From: Thermodesulfobacteriota bacterium
Lineage (GTDB): Bacteria; Desulfobacterota; Desulfarculia; JACQYL01
Reading direction: 5' to 3'
NCBI GenBank assembly: GCA_963675595.2
Contig: CAXXLZ010000002.1
Coordinates: 3,776,001-3,840,000, forward strand
DNA length: 64,000 nt
Positions 10,873 through 20,436 of the stretch are shown in pieces. The first letter of the stretch is position 1. The number at the start of each line of letters is the position of its first letter. The notes beneath the pieces were generated by a model that did no database searches, had not been told where the DNA came from, and saw only the letters and a program-made list of their open reading frames with translations. A program made the translations under genes and the position numbers.

Positions 10873-10905
10873 CCGTGGGGCGCTTCCGGAAAAAGCGCCC
10901 CACGG
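10873..10905. terminator. Hairpin between convergent genes (likely bidirectional terminator)
   Basis: ccgtggggcgctt / aagcgccccacgg perfect 13-bp stem. Confidence 0.65.
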
Positions 10906-10919
10906 CAAAGCCGGATTAC

Positions 10920-11741
10920 CTATTTGTAGATTTTGCTGGTCTTGGCGCGAAGGCTGTCCTGGGTTTCGCCGTCCATTTCCATCTTCTTGGTGAAGAGCTC
11001 GGAAAGGTCCAGGAACCCGATGACCTTTTCCGGACAGACGTCCATGCACCGCAGGCAGAAGACGCACAGGTCCGCTCGGGCCTCACCCGATGTGGCGTCC
11101 ATGGCCCCGGAAGGGCAAAGCTCCTCGCAGAGCATGCACATCCCGCACTCGGCTCCGTCCCTTCCGGGTCTTCGCGGCAGGAGTTTGGGGACGGACGTCT
11201 CCCTCTGGTCCAGTTCCTCCACACTACAGGGCCCCAACGGCAGGGCCGCCCAATCCAGACGTTCCTCACCGGAAAAACGATCATGGATCAAGTCGGCATA
11301 TTCCCGCGCCACGTCGAAATCCGATGTAGCGGGCCGATCGGCCATGGCCTGCCAACCCACCAGGTTGTAGGTGTGCTTTCCGGGAAATTCAGCCGAGGCG
11401 ACCAGGCTGAAACCGTTTGGAGCGAGAATCCCGGCGGCGGAAAAATGGGCCGGATGGACCCCGAATCCTCCAAAGGTGAAAAACAGGGCACACGGGGTGT
11501 CTTGTCCCTTCAATCGTCCCAGCCAATTGCGAACGATTTTTGGCGCGCGCCTGTAGTAAATGGGGGAACCGATTACCACGGCCTGGTAGTTGTTCATAAC
11601 CGGAGCCGTTTCACGGGCCTCGGGAGTGGTTATGTCCAGCATGTCGACCTCGGCGCCCAGCTCAATCAACCGATCCCGAATGGTCTCGGCGATTCGCGCG
11701 GTATTCTGCGTAGCGCTGAAATAAGCCAATAGAATTTTCAT
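10920..11741 (-). CDS. EFR1-family flavodoxin-ferredoxin fusion
   Basis: YFSATQNTARIA flavodoxin loop; two CxxCxxCxxxCP motifs (CGMCMLCEELCP, CVFCLRCMDVCP). Confidence 0.9.
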   Translation of the reverse strand: MKILLAYFSATQNTARIAETIRDRLIELGAEVDMLDITTPEARETAPVMNNYQAVVIGSPIYYRRAPKIVRNWLGRLKGQDTPCALFFTFGGFGVHPAHFSAAGILAPNGFSLVASAEFPGKHTYNLVGWQAMADRPATSDFDVAREYADLIHDRFSGEERLDWAALPLGPCSVEELDQRETSVPKLLPRRPGRDGAECGMCMLCEELCPSGAMDATSGEARADLCVFCLRCMDVCPEKVIGFLDLSELFTKKMEMDGETQDSLRAKTSKIYK

Positions 11742-12309
11742 TGTTTCCTGCCTTCCTTTTCGGGTTGTCTTTCAGGTTGAACAACCCCCTCGGGTGTAAT
11801 TTTATGCGCATTCAGAGGGTCTAGTTTAGCAGATTCATAGGACAATACAATCCAACCGGGAATTTTGTTAAGAACGGATTTCGCGGGTACGTGCCTTGCC
11901 ATGGACGGGGGAGATCAAGTCCCTTTTTTCTACCGGTCCTTGAGTCAATATGACTTCAATGGTTCAGAGAGGAAACCGGACCGTTTTTCGTCCCGGGAAA
12001 GAAGAAACATGGAAGGGGATTCGGTGAACTTGGATGGTCGAGACGTGCTCGGCCGGGGACGTCTTGTAGTCACCCGACGCCGGCGGCCGAGAGAGCCCGA
12101 AGAGATGATTCAATCGTGAACCCACGCGCGTCACGTTTGGGAACCGCGAGGAAAGCCCTTTGCGGGTCGTCGTTACGGATGGTCATGCCTGTGATGGATT
12201 TCGGATGGGAAAGCGCGTGTTCCGCATCAACCTACGCTCGCGGGGATGAGGCAAGAACTCAACTCTCCGATCAGACCGGCGTTGCGCCGTCGAGGCTTCC
12301 CATCCGAGA

Positions 12310-13269
12310 CTAAAAGCCCGCTTTTTGGTCCCGTTCCTCGTTCCAGCGGACCCAGTCGTTGGTATCCTCTTCCTTGGTGAAGTCTGTGGGTTTGGATGCG
12401 CGCCCTTGTGCGTCGATTCGCACCTGCTGCATGGCCCGGACGATGTAGACCCATTCCATCATGGAGACTTCCCTGGGGCCCGCCACTTCTTTAGGCCCCG
12501 CAGACGTGGCGGAGGGCCCGGACACTTCTCCCGGGCCGGATACTTCCCGAGGCGGTCCGCCCGTTCCGGAGCCCGGGGCGATTCGGGATTCCGTGGGACC
12601 GGGGGCGCCCACGGAGGAGGGACCCGCGGAAGCCGCGGCCTTGGGAGGTGACCATACTTTGATTTCTCCCGAGTAAACCCGGACGAGCGTTCCCTCCTCC
12701 GGGCTTTCATTGACCCGGTAAGTGGTGCCGCGAATGCCCGCCACCGCGTTCCGCGTATATAAGTCGAAGTTGTTCTTTACCCCGGCCAAGGATTTCACCT
12801 TGGCCCAGGTTCTCCCCGCAAACAGGGTGAACCGGATGTCCCGTTCCTTGGTTTGGGCCTGTACGTCGATGCTCGTTACGACGAAGGTGGTGGTTTCGTC
12901 GAATCGCATCAGACTGCTGTCCGGAAGCTTGAGCTCCATACGGGCGTGTTCCAGGGTCTTTACCATGTCCCCGGGTACCAGGAAGTCCCCTTCCTTCAGG
13001 TCTTCCCAATCCTTCCCATCCTTGCGATGAACCTGAGCGAGGCCCTCGAGCAGGTCCACCCGGGCTTTATCGCCCGCGATGTCCAGCTCGAAGGCCTCGT
13101 CTCCCGCCGGCGCGTTGACCGGACAGGTCCAGTCGATAAAGGCACAACAGAGGAAGCAGAGACAAAGCAGGCCGATGACTCGGCTCGGGGTGGTGCGGAC
13201 GGCTTTTGGGTGCATAACCTGTTCTCCGGGAGTAGGGACGCCCTTCTTGCGGAACGATGGGCGGAACAA
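12310..13269 (-). CDS. FecR-domain protein (start uncertain)
   Basis: L..GD.VKT....RMEL.LPD.SLMRFDE.T, T.NAVAGIRGT, VRVYSGEI. Confidence 0.85.
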   Translation of the reverse strand: MFRPSFRKKGVPTPGEQVMHPKAVRTTPSRVIGLLCLCFLCCAFIDWTCPVNAPAGDEAFELDIAGDKARVDLLEGLAQVHRKDGKDWEDLKEGDFLVPGDMVKTLEHARMELKLPDSSLMRFDETTTFVVTSIDVQAQTKERDIRFTLFAGRTWAKVKSLAGVKNNFDLYTRNAVAGIRGTTYRVNESPEEGTLVRVYSGEIKVWSPPKAAASAGPSSVGAPGPTESRIAPGSGTGGPPREVSGPGEVSGPSATSAGPKEVAGPREVSMMEWVYIVRAMQQVRIDAQGRASKPTDFTKEEDTNDWVRWNEERDQKAGF

Positions 13270-13316
13270 GACTTATGGGTACTCCCGGAGGAGCGCCGGG
13301 CTCCTCCGGGCAAGGA

Positions 13317-14486
13317 TTACAGTTTCAGGAGGTTCTTGAGTCGGCGGATCACCAACAGGGCGTCCGCCCCGTCCACCGGACCTTGGGCGTTGAATTCGCC
13401 CGTGGCCAAGCTCTCCGCTTCCATGACTCCTCGGCTCGTGACCACCATGACCGCGTTGAAGTACGGTAGATCGCTTCTGAGGTCCGGGAAGGGAGAGGTG
13501 GTCCCGATGAATTCGGTGGCGAGTTTCTCGTCTCCGGTGAGCTTGATCAGGATGTCTTCAACCATAATGGCATATTCCGCCCGGTTGATGTGTTCGTCGG
13601 GATGAAAGGTGTGGTCCGGGTAAGGTTCCAGCCCCCGTACTCCCAGTTTAATGACTTCGTCGATGTCCGTTTTGAGGGGGTGTTCGCCGATGTCCACCGC
13701 GGGTTCCATTTTGACCAGGGTTTCCGTGACGAATTGTTTCTCCGGTGACTTAAAGCTCGTGTCGAAATCCTTCCGACCTCGTTTGCGATAGAGTTCGTTG
13801 AGCTTGAGTTCCTGAATGAAAAGCGCCGCCACGTCCGCACGACTGATCTTGTCGATCAATGCGATTTTCTTGCCGATGAGCGTTCCCGGCGCGGCACGTT
13901 CGATCTTCTGCACCAGTTTCCATTCTGCGTTGGCCTGGTTTACGTAATCACCGTCGATTTCGATCACTTTGGAGAACATATCGGCCGATTTGCCGAACTC
14001 GTAAGCCGCACGGTAGGCCATGCCCATGAAATAATAGGCCGGGGCGTAACGGTCGTTGAGCTTCACGGCCTTCTTGAAATGGTCTTCAGCATCTTCGACC
14101 CAATCGCCGCCTCTTTGCGCGGCGTAGATTCGGACCATGCCCACATGGTAGTCCAGTTTTTCCTGGGCGGTTTCCATGGTGTCTTCCGCTTTGTCCATGT
14201 TCTTGAATGCGGATTCGAAGTCGCCTCGCAAGGCGGCTACAATACCGAGGCCCGAAAAGGCCCGCGAGTACTCGGGCTCCAATTGGACGGCCAGATTGAA
14301 CTCTCGTTCCGCATCGTCCAAACGCTCTTCTTCCAGGAGCCTGAGGCCGGTGAGAACATGGTGCTCCGGCGTATCCATCGCGCCGGTGGGTTTTCGAATC
14401 TCGGGCTTTTCGGCGCAGGAGGCCACGAGCAGCAAAGCACCTATAGCCATGAACACCGTAAGAAACCTTGCTCGTCTTCTCATCAT
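13317..14486 (-). CDS. TPR and S-layer-homology (SLH) domain lipoprotein
   Basis: Lipobox LVASC; TPR repeats; SLH motifs ISRADVA, YPDHTFHPDEHINRAEYA, FPDL...G.F...PVDGADA. Confidence 0.8.
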   Translation of the reverse strand: MMRRRARFLTVFMAIGALLLVASCAEKPEIRKPTGAMDTPEHHVLTGLRLLEEERLDDAEREFNLAVQLEPEYSRAFSGLGIVAALRGDFESAFKNMDKAEDTMETAQEKLDYHVGMVRIYAAQRGGDWVEDAEDHFKKAVKLNDRYAPAYYFMGMAYRAAYEFGKSADMFSKVIEIDGDYVNQANAEWKLVQKIERAAPGTLIGKKIALIDKISRADVAALFIQELKLNELYRKRGRKDFDTSFKSPEKQFVTETLVKMEPAVDIGEHPLKTDIDEVIKLGVRGLEPYPDHTFHPDEHINRAEYAIMVEDILIKLTGDEKLATEFIGTTSPFPDLRSDLPYFNAVMVVTSRGVMEAESLATGEFNAQGPVDGADALLVIRRLKNLLKL

Positions 14487-14526
14487 CCCATCCTCCCTTC
14501 TCGTAGGGGACACCCGTTTTTTCCGG

Positions 14527-15483
14527 TTAGTCCAGCACAATCATGGCCCGGCATTGGCGCAGGAAGGACAATGTTTCCGACGCGTCGCGCAGTGAGTTCG
14601 CGGCTTCGTTGCTGATCACCACATTGGTCTTGGCGGTGCCGGCCGCGGCTTTGGCATGAATGGTCACGGGATTGTTGGTCACTCGCTGATTGCTTTGAGC
14701 GGCGTTGAGGTCCTTGGCATACCCCACCATGCCGTACTGAACGGCCCATTGGCGGTCCACAAAGGCGGAGCCGTAGACTTCCCGTCCGTCTTCGTCCAGC
14801 ACTCTCGGGCTCATGCAAGGCCTTACACCCATACCGCGGGCGTCGATGACCAGCCCGGTGTAAACCACTCCGGGTTGAGCCACGGGTTCGGCCTTGGCCG
14901 GTTCCGAAGGAGCGGGTTGCGCAGGGGCGGCCTGAGGTTGCACGGGTTGGGGCTGAGCGGGCTGGGGGGCGACGGGTTGAGGAGCGACGGGCTGCGGGTG
15001 CACGGGCTGGGATGCAGGCTTGGAGGGCTCGGCAGCGCCGAGAATCATGTCCGTGAACCGGCCGTACATGTTCATGATCATCTTGATTTCGACCGTCCCG
15101 TCTTCCAGGTAGCGGGTGTTGAGGATCCTGGCGCCTCGAATCATACCGTCCACCTGAGCACGGATCACATCGCTCTGAGTCATGAAGTCCTGCACCGTGG
15201 TGTTGGAATTGACCTGGACGCCTTTGGTGATTTCGAGAAGATTGCGGTACGCGTCCAAGGTGGCGGCCCGGAGCGCCATGGGCCTGGCGGCGGGCTTGCC
15301 CTGCAGGTGTTCCGGGGGCGCGCCGATACCGGTCACGGTGATGTTCCCGTCACCCCAATTGACGCTGCCACCGGCGGTTTGTTCCACATAGCCCCATTGC
15401 CACTGGGCCTCCGCGACCCCCATGAACAGGAAGACGGATAGGAGAATCAACGCCGCGATTCCCATCGGTGATTTCCGTGTCAT
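14527..15483 (-). CDS. LPP20-like exported protein with Pro/Gln-rich linker
   Basis: ARPMALRAATLDAYRNLLE..GVQV.S.TTV.D; YTGLVIDARG; signal peptide AEA. Confidence 0.75.
   Translation of the reverse strand: MTRKSPMGIAALILLSVFLFMGVAEAQWQWGYVEQTAGGSVNWGDGNITVTGIGAPPEHLQGKPAARPMALRAATLDAYRNLLEITKGVQVNSNTTVQDFMTQSDVIRAQVDGMIRGARILNTRYLEDGTVEIKMIMNMYGRFTDMILGAAEPSKPASQPVHPQPVAPQPVAPQPAQPQPVQPQAAPAQPAPSEPAKAEPVAQPGVVYTGLVIDARGMGVRPCMSPRVLDEDGREVYGSAFVDRQWAVQYGMVGYAKDLNAAQSNQRVTNNPVTIHAKAAAGTAKTNVVISNEAANSLRDASETLSFLRQCRAMIVLD
14905..15015 (-). repeat. Coding low-complexity repeat (PQPVA-like units)
   Basis: PVHPQPVAPQPVAPQPAQPQPVQPQAAPAQPAP; approximately 15-bp periodicity. Confidence 0.7.
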
Positions 15484-15571
15484 ATCTGCAACTCCTTTTA
15501 TATTGATAAGTTACGACAATAGTGAGCCGTTCGGAACGTCGAGATGAACCGGTCCGTATCCCCTCCTTTCG

Positions 15572-16465
15572 CTATGAAGTTCGTTGAAGATAATATTTGG
15601 CCGCTTTGTTTCCGGGATGAATGGAAAGCGTCTTCTTCCAATATTTCGCGGCTTCTTCGCGTTTACCGGCCTTGAAGGCTTCGAAGGCCAGAATGTTGTA
15701 CGTTTTCGCCAGGTTGAGGATGGTTTCCTGGTCTTTGGGGTTGATGGAAAGGGCTTGATTCCAGAGTTCCAGAGCTTTGGGCGTGTCCCCATGATTGTAG
15801 TAAATCCACCCCATGGAGTTCAATGCTTTCGTATGCCGGGGGTTCAGTTCCAGCGTCTTTCGGTACTCGAGGAGGGCGTTGTGCACGAGCCCGGCCTGGT
15901 CGAAGGCGCGGGCCAGCCGAAAGCGCGTGTCCGCCTCGTCCGCCGCGGCGTCCCTGGCTTTCTTCAAGTAGTCGATGGCCTGAATCGGATTATGCCGGAA
16001 AGCGTATACGGTCCCCATGTAATGGTAGGCGTCGGCGCGGTTGGGGTCCAATCGGGCCGCTTCTTCCAGAATCTTGAGGGCGTTTTCCAGATCGAAATCC
16101 CAAAGGTCGAGAAGACCCAGCCAAAGTCGGGCTTCGACGTTTTCCGGTTCGGCTTGGACGGCCTTTTTCAGCAAGGTGCGGGCTTCTTGGGTTTTTTCCC
16201 GCTTGACGTTGAGAATCCCCAGGAAGGTCAGAGCCGTGGGATTTTCGGGTTCCACCGCGAGCACCTTTTCAAAAGCCCGGGCGGCGGCTTCCACGTCCCC
16301 CCGATAGTTCAGGTCCATGGCCTGGAACAGGAGTTCCTCGACCCCTTGGGCCGAAGCGGGACCCATGGAGAATGCAAGCGCCAAGAAGACGATTCCGGCG
16401 ACGACCCACGGACGCGGGAAGGCCCTATTTGCCGGACATGCGCAGGATGGATTGGAAGGCCACAT
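15572..16465 (-). CDS. Exported tetratricopeptide repeat protein
   Basis: About 7 TPR units; signal peptide ending in ASA; start uncertain. Confidence 0.85.
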   Translation of the reverse strand: MWPSNPSCACPANRAFPRPWVVAGIVFLALAFSMGPASAQGVEELLFQAMDLNYRGDVEAAARAFEKVLAVEPENPTALTFLGILNVKREKTQEARTLLKKAVQAEPENVEARLWLGLLDLWDFDLENALKILEEAARLDPNRADAYHYMGTVYAFRHNPIQAIDYLKKARDAAADEADTRFRLARAFDQAGLVHNALLEYRKTLELNPRHTKALNSMGWIYYNHGDTPKALELWNQALSINPKDQETILNLAKTYNILAFEAFKAGKREEAAKYWKKTLSIHPGNKAAKYYLQRTS

Positions 16466-17564
16466 TGGAAAGCTCCTCCTGGAAGCGCTCCTGAGTCAAG
16501 AGTTCTTCTTCCGAGGGATTGGAGATAAACCCCGACTCGACGAGAAGCGAAGGCATTCTCGCCTCCCGGAGCACGTAGAAGTTGGCATATTTGACCCCCC
16601 GGTCATGCAGCCCCGTATCCGGCCCGAACTTGCCCTGAAATCGATGGGCGAGATGCTTGCTGTCCTCCCAGTAAAGTTTTCGTTCCACCTGGAAGAGGAT
16701 GGCCTCGACATCCAGGAAGCCGGGCTTGGTTTCCTTGTCTTGATCGAATCGGATCACGGAGTTTTCGTATTCGGCAAGTTTGGCCGCTTCCTTGTCGCTG
16801 GCGGTTTCGGAACAGTAAAAGGTCTCCGACCCTTTGGCCTTGGGGTTCCCGGCGGCGTTCACATGGAAACTGACGAATAGGTCCGCCTTGCGTTGGTTGG
16901 CCGTGGCCGTGCGTTCTCCCAGGGAGACGTAATAGTCGTCCTCCCGGGTCGCGAAAACTCGGAATTTTCCGGATCGATCCAGTTTTTCCTTCAGCCGCCG
17001 TACCAGACTCAAAGTCACGTCCTTTTCCTTCAACCCGGTTTTGCCCACGGCTCCGGGATCGAAGCCTCCATGACCCGGGTCCAGGACGATGCGTTCCACC
17101 TGAAAGTCCAACGTCTTGCCGGCGGATTGAAGCCGTTCCCGGAAAAGCTGCTCCTCTTCAACGGCGCGACGTTCCAGGTCGGGGAACGTCTTGTCGGGCT
17201 TCCTGCGTTCCACCGGTTTCACTCGGATCATGTCGATATGCATGCGAGAGAAAGTGTCTTCGGGATTAAGCCGCACGGCTTCTTTGAATTCCTCGAGTGC
17301 CTCGGAGTACATGCCGGCACCGAAATAAGCTCTCCCCAGCAGGCCGTGGAGCCAATCGCTTTTGGGATCGAGGGGCACCGCGGAACGCAGGATGGGGATG
17401 GCTTCCCGGTACTTCTTCGAATTGATCAGATTCTGAGCCTGGATGCCCATGGAGAAGGGGTCCTCGGCTCGGGCGAACCCCGACATGCCGGGCGGAAGCA
17501 AGGCCGCTCCCAGCCCCAAAGAGGTCAGGCGTCCCAAACGGGCGAGGAACTCGCGCCGTCTCAT
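16425..17564 (-). CDS. N-acetylmuramoyl-L-alanine amidase (Amidase_3) with N-terminal TPR and Tat signal
   Basis: MRRREFL twin-Arg; IVLDPGHGG.DPGA, EKDV, FVSFHVNA, LVESGFISN zinc/catalytic motifs. Confidence 0.92.
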   Translation of the reverse strand: MRRREFLARLGRLTSLGLGAALLPPGMSGFARAEDPFSMGIQAQNLINSKKYREAIPILRSAVPLDPKSDWLHGLLGRAYFGAGMYSEALEEFKEAVRLNPEDTFSRMHIDMIRVKPVERRKPDKTFPDLERRAVEEEQLFRERLQSAGKTLDFQVERIVLDPGHGGFDPGAVGKTGLKEKDVTLSLVRRLKEKLDRSGKFRVFATREDDYYVSLGERTATANQRKADLFVSFHVNAAGNPKAKGSETFYCSETASDKEAAKLAEYENSVIRFDQDKETKPGFLDVEAILFQVERKLYWEDSKHLAHRFQGKFGPDTGLHDRGVKYANFYVLREARMPSLLVESGFISNPSEEELLTQERFQEELSNVAFQSILRMSGK

Positions 17565-17577
17565 CGTTTTCCCATTC

Positions 17578-20394
17578 CTATTGAAACGTATAGGAGAATG
17601 CATTGGGCTCCGGCTCTTTCAAATAGGGGTCGACCTCAAGATTGCCCAAGAAAAGATTCGGGTTGGGAGGGTCGCTTCCCCACCAGTTGGATCGGATGTC
17701 CAAAGTGATTGTGGAAAAACTTTGAATGGCGAAAGGGTTATCCAGAAAGTTGTTGTTCTTGATGCGGGGATTGCACATGCCGAAGCATTCGATGGCCGCG
17801 GTGCCGCTGTTTTTCAGAAAAGTGCTGTTGACGATATTGGGTCGGGAATCATTGCGGCAAATGATTCCGCTCTGCTTATTGAAACCGATGAAGCTGTAAG
17901 TAATGTCCGGCCTGCCGTAGAATACGTCCAAAGGGGTGTCCGCATGGGCGAACACGCAGTAGGCGAAAAAGCTTTCTTCTCGTTTTCCCAAGAAATCCTT
18001 CACTTTTTCGGTGATTTTCTCGGTGAAGCCCATTCCTTTCTTCTTGGACTCCACAAAACGCACGGCGCTGGTGTAATCACCGGGGCCGGGCGAGGAGCTG
18101 CCGGATACGAAAAGAATGGGATCGTCGGGAAGCCCCCGAGCGTGAATGCCTCCGTCCTTCACCGTGATGACGGAATTGCGGGTTCGGTATTTTAAGGTCA
18201 CTCCGGGTTCGACGAACAGGACGGCTCCATCGACAATGGACACTTCTCCCGCGACGGTATAGGGGCTCCTGCTTTTGATCAGGAAAGCATCCTGGTTGAT
18301 TTCTCTCGGGAGCTTTCCGTCCAGGATGTTCAGCGCCAAGGGTTTTCCTTCGGGATAGGGGGCGTCCAGCACGGGGTTGAAATCGACACGCCCCTGGATT
18401 CGATTGGGCAGTTCCTCGACCTTGATCGGGCCCCAATAGTTGTTTGCCGCGGATATCGTTTGTCCGCCTTCCCGGTTCATCAGATCGAACGGGCCGTTGT
18501 CGTGGATCTCGTTTTCCACCACCAACGGATCGGAATCGTGAAAGAAGAGCCCTCCCTGTTTGTTGGACACAATGACGTTCCGGGTCAATTTGGGTGACGC
18601 GGCATAGGAAGCCACTCCTTTCCCAAGGTTGTTGGATATTTGATTTTCAGAAAGAACCGGTTCGGCTCCGGAAACGATTTCCACGGCGTCTCCGGAGTTG
18701 TTGTGGAATTTGCCTCCCTCGACGGCGGGTTGGGAATGGGCTCCTTCCACGCGGAGAGCCACCTGGTTGGACGTAAATTCCACATTTTTCATGGTGACGG
18801 ATGGGGATCGCACCACCGCGCCGACCCGGGCGTTCTTAACGGTGCAGTATTCCAGGCCGGCCGGTTCTCGATTTTCAAATACGATTCCGTCCCAGGCGGC
18901 GGAGGAATCCCCCACAAAAGCGATCACCTTGCCGGCGGTTCCTTTGGCCGTTAGTCCCCCTCGGATCAGCAGGCCCGGACCCTTGCTCAAGACCATGGTG
19001 CCGGGTTCGATGGTAAGGGTCATTTCGTCGGGCACGACTACCGGACTCGAAATGACGTAGGGACCGGCCGCGGAGTACCAGGTAACGTTGTCCGACAAGG
19101 TCCCGCCGGCCGCCGTCGGCCCGGCGGGCACCCCCATTCCCCGGATCCCCCGGCCCGTGGGAGCCGCGGGACTTTCGTTGCCCGCCTTGTCCAGGGCGCT
19201 TACCTTGTAATAGTATGGTTTGTAGTTCTGCAGGCCCTTGTCGGCGGTTTCGGTGGTTTCCGTTTGCAGATGGGAATCGTAACCGGTCAAAGGCGTTTCA
19301 CTTCGATAAATCCGGTAGCCGGCCAGGTCCTCCTCCTTGTTGGGCGCCCAACTCAGGAGTACCGAGCCGTCCCTGCTGCTTTCCGTGATCCGGGTCGGGG
19401 GATCGGGGGGGGTGGTGTCGATGTTCACATATCCCAAGGCGTCGATCCATTCCGCCGTGATCCCGGATTCGCTGGTCAGGTATCCCACCAGAAGAGCGTC
19501 TTTGACGTTGTCCCCCGGACGGATTCGATATTCCCCGACATAGCTCCCCGGACTTACTTCCTTCATGCGGAGGCCTTTCTTGAACTCTCCCACGTCGAAT
19601 GAGGCTCGAAGTCCCTCGTCGCCTTCCATGGCGACCTTGAGGACGTCTCCGGCCTTCTTGGTGGTGAACGCGCCGTCCTGAGCCAATATCCGGATCGTAG
19701 GCGGCGTCTCGACTTCGGCCAGGGAGGGACGAGGAATCGCTTTGACCATGTCGCGGAATAGGTCGTCGCTGGTGCGATAGAGGTTGATGGTGCGCAGGTT
19801 GTAGGCCGTGGAAATGGCCGTCAGAATCAGCCCGACGGGCGTGGTGGCGAAGCCCGCGGTGGGAGTATGCGCCACATGCTCTCCGGACCAAAGAAGTTCC
19901 CCGGTTCGGGAATCCATCATGCGGAGTTTGGCGCCCACCTGGACGTCGGACACCAAGACGGCGTAAATGCGATCGTAGTGGGTAATGGTTCCGTAGATGA
20001 CCGCATCCGTTCCCAAAATGGCGCCCACCTGTTGGGGACTCATTTTGCCTACCGCCGTGGGGTCCACGACACCTTTGGCTCGGAGTCGAGAGTCGACGAT
20101 ATGCAGCTCCGAATCCGTGTAGGGCAGTGAGCTGAAATGATTATAGAAGCAACGGCGCACCACTTCCGGAGCTTCCTCCTTGCCGCTTTCGTTGAGAAAG
20201 GGAAGAATCGCCACGGACCGGGGTTTGGTCTTTTCGTAGGCCTCGGTGGTTTCGTATTGTCCTTTAAAGAGGATGTCGACTTTTTGAGCGACCGAGGTTC
20301 CCGTGGGACCCGTGCTCACCGTGGAACATGAAGTCAGGAACAGCAGAAGCGCCGGCCACAGCCCGGCCTTCAAACGAAGTGCGGCGGTTCTCAT
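17578..20394 (-). CDS. DUF799/GNA1162-like lipoprotein fused to FN3 and right-handed beta-helix domains
   Basis: Lipobox LTSC; PRSVAILPF.NES, LGTDAVIYG, TGELLW; FN3 LSW....EEDLAGYRIYRS, YYYKVSALD.AGNES; LTIEPGT and NNYWG beta-helix motifs. Confidence 0.8.
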   Translation of the reverse strand: MRTAALRLKAGLWPALLLFLTSCSTVSTGPTGTSVAQKVDILFKGQYETTEAYEKTKPRSVAILPFLNESGKEEAPEVVRRCFYNHFSSLPYTDSELHIVDSRLRAKGVVDPTAVGKMSPQQVGAILGTDAVIYGTITHYDRIYAVLVSDVQVGAKLRMMDSRTGELLWSGEHVAHTPTAGFATTPVGLILTAISTAYNLRTINLYRTSDDLFRDMVKAIPRPSLAEVETPPTIRILAQDGAFTTKKAGDVLKVAMEGDEGLRASFDVGEFKKGLRMKEVSPGSYVGEYRIRPGDNVKDALLVGYLTSESGITAEWIDALGYVNIDTTPPDPPTRITESSRDGSVLLSWAPNKEEDLAGYRIYRSETPLTGYDSHLQTETTETADKGLQNYKPYYYKVSALDKAGNESPAAPTGRGIRGMGVPAGPTAAGGTLSDNVTWYSAAGPYVISSPVVVPDEMTLTIEPGTMVLSKGPGLLIRGGLTAKGTAGKVIAFVGDSSAAWDGIVFENREPAGLEYCTVKNARVGAVVRSPSVTMKNVEFTSNQVALRVEGAHSQPAVEGGKFHNNSGDAVEIVSGAEPVLSENQISNNLGKGVASYAASPKLTRNVIVSNKQGGLFFHDSDPLVVENEIHDNGPFDLMNREGGQTISAANNYWGPIKVEELPNRIQGRVDFNPVLDAPYPEGKPLALNILDGKLPREINQDAFLIKSRSPYTVAGEVSIVDGAVLFVEPGVTLKYRTRNSVITVKDGGIHARGLPDDPILFVSGSSSPGPGDYTSAVRFVESKKKGMGFTEKITEKVKDFLGKREESFFAYCVFAHADTPLDVFYGRPDITYSFIGFNKQSGIICRNDSRPNIVNSTFLKNSGTAAIECFGMCNPRIKNNNFLDNPFAIQSFSTITLDIRSNWWGSDPPNPNLFLGNLEVDPYLKEPEPNAFSYTFQ

Positions 20395-20436
20395 CTCAGG
20401 TCCCCTCCCCTTGCTTGTCCGTTGCAGGTCACCGGG

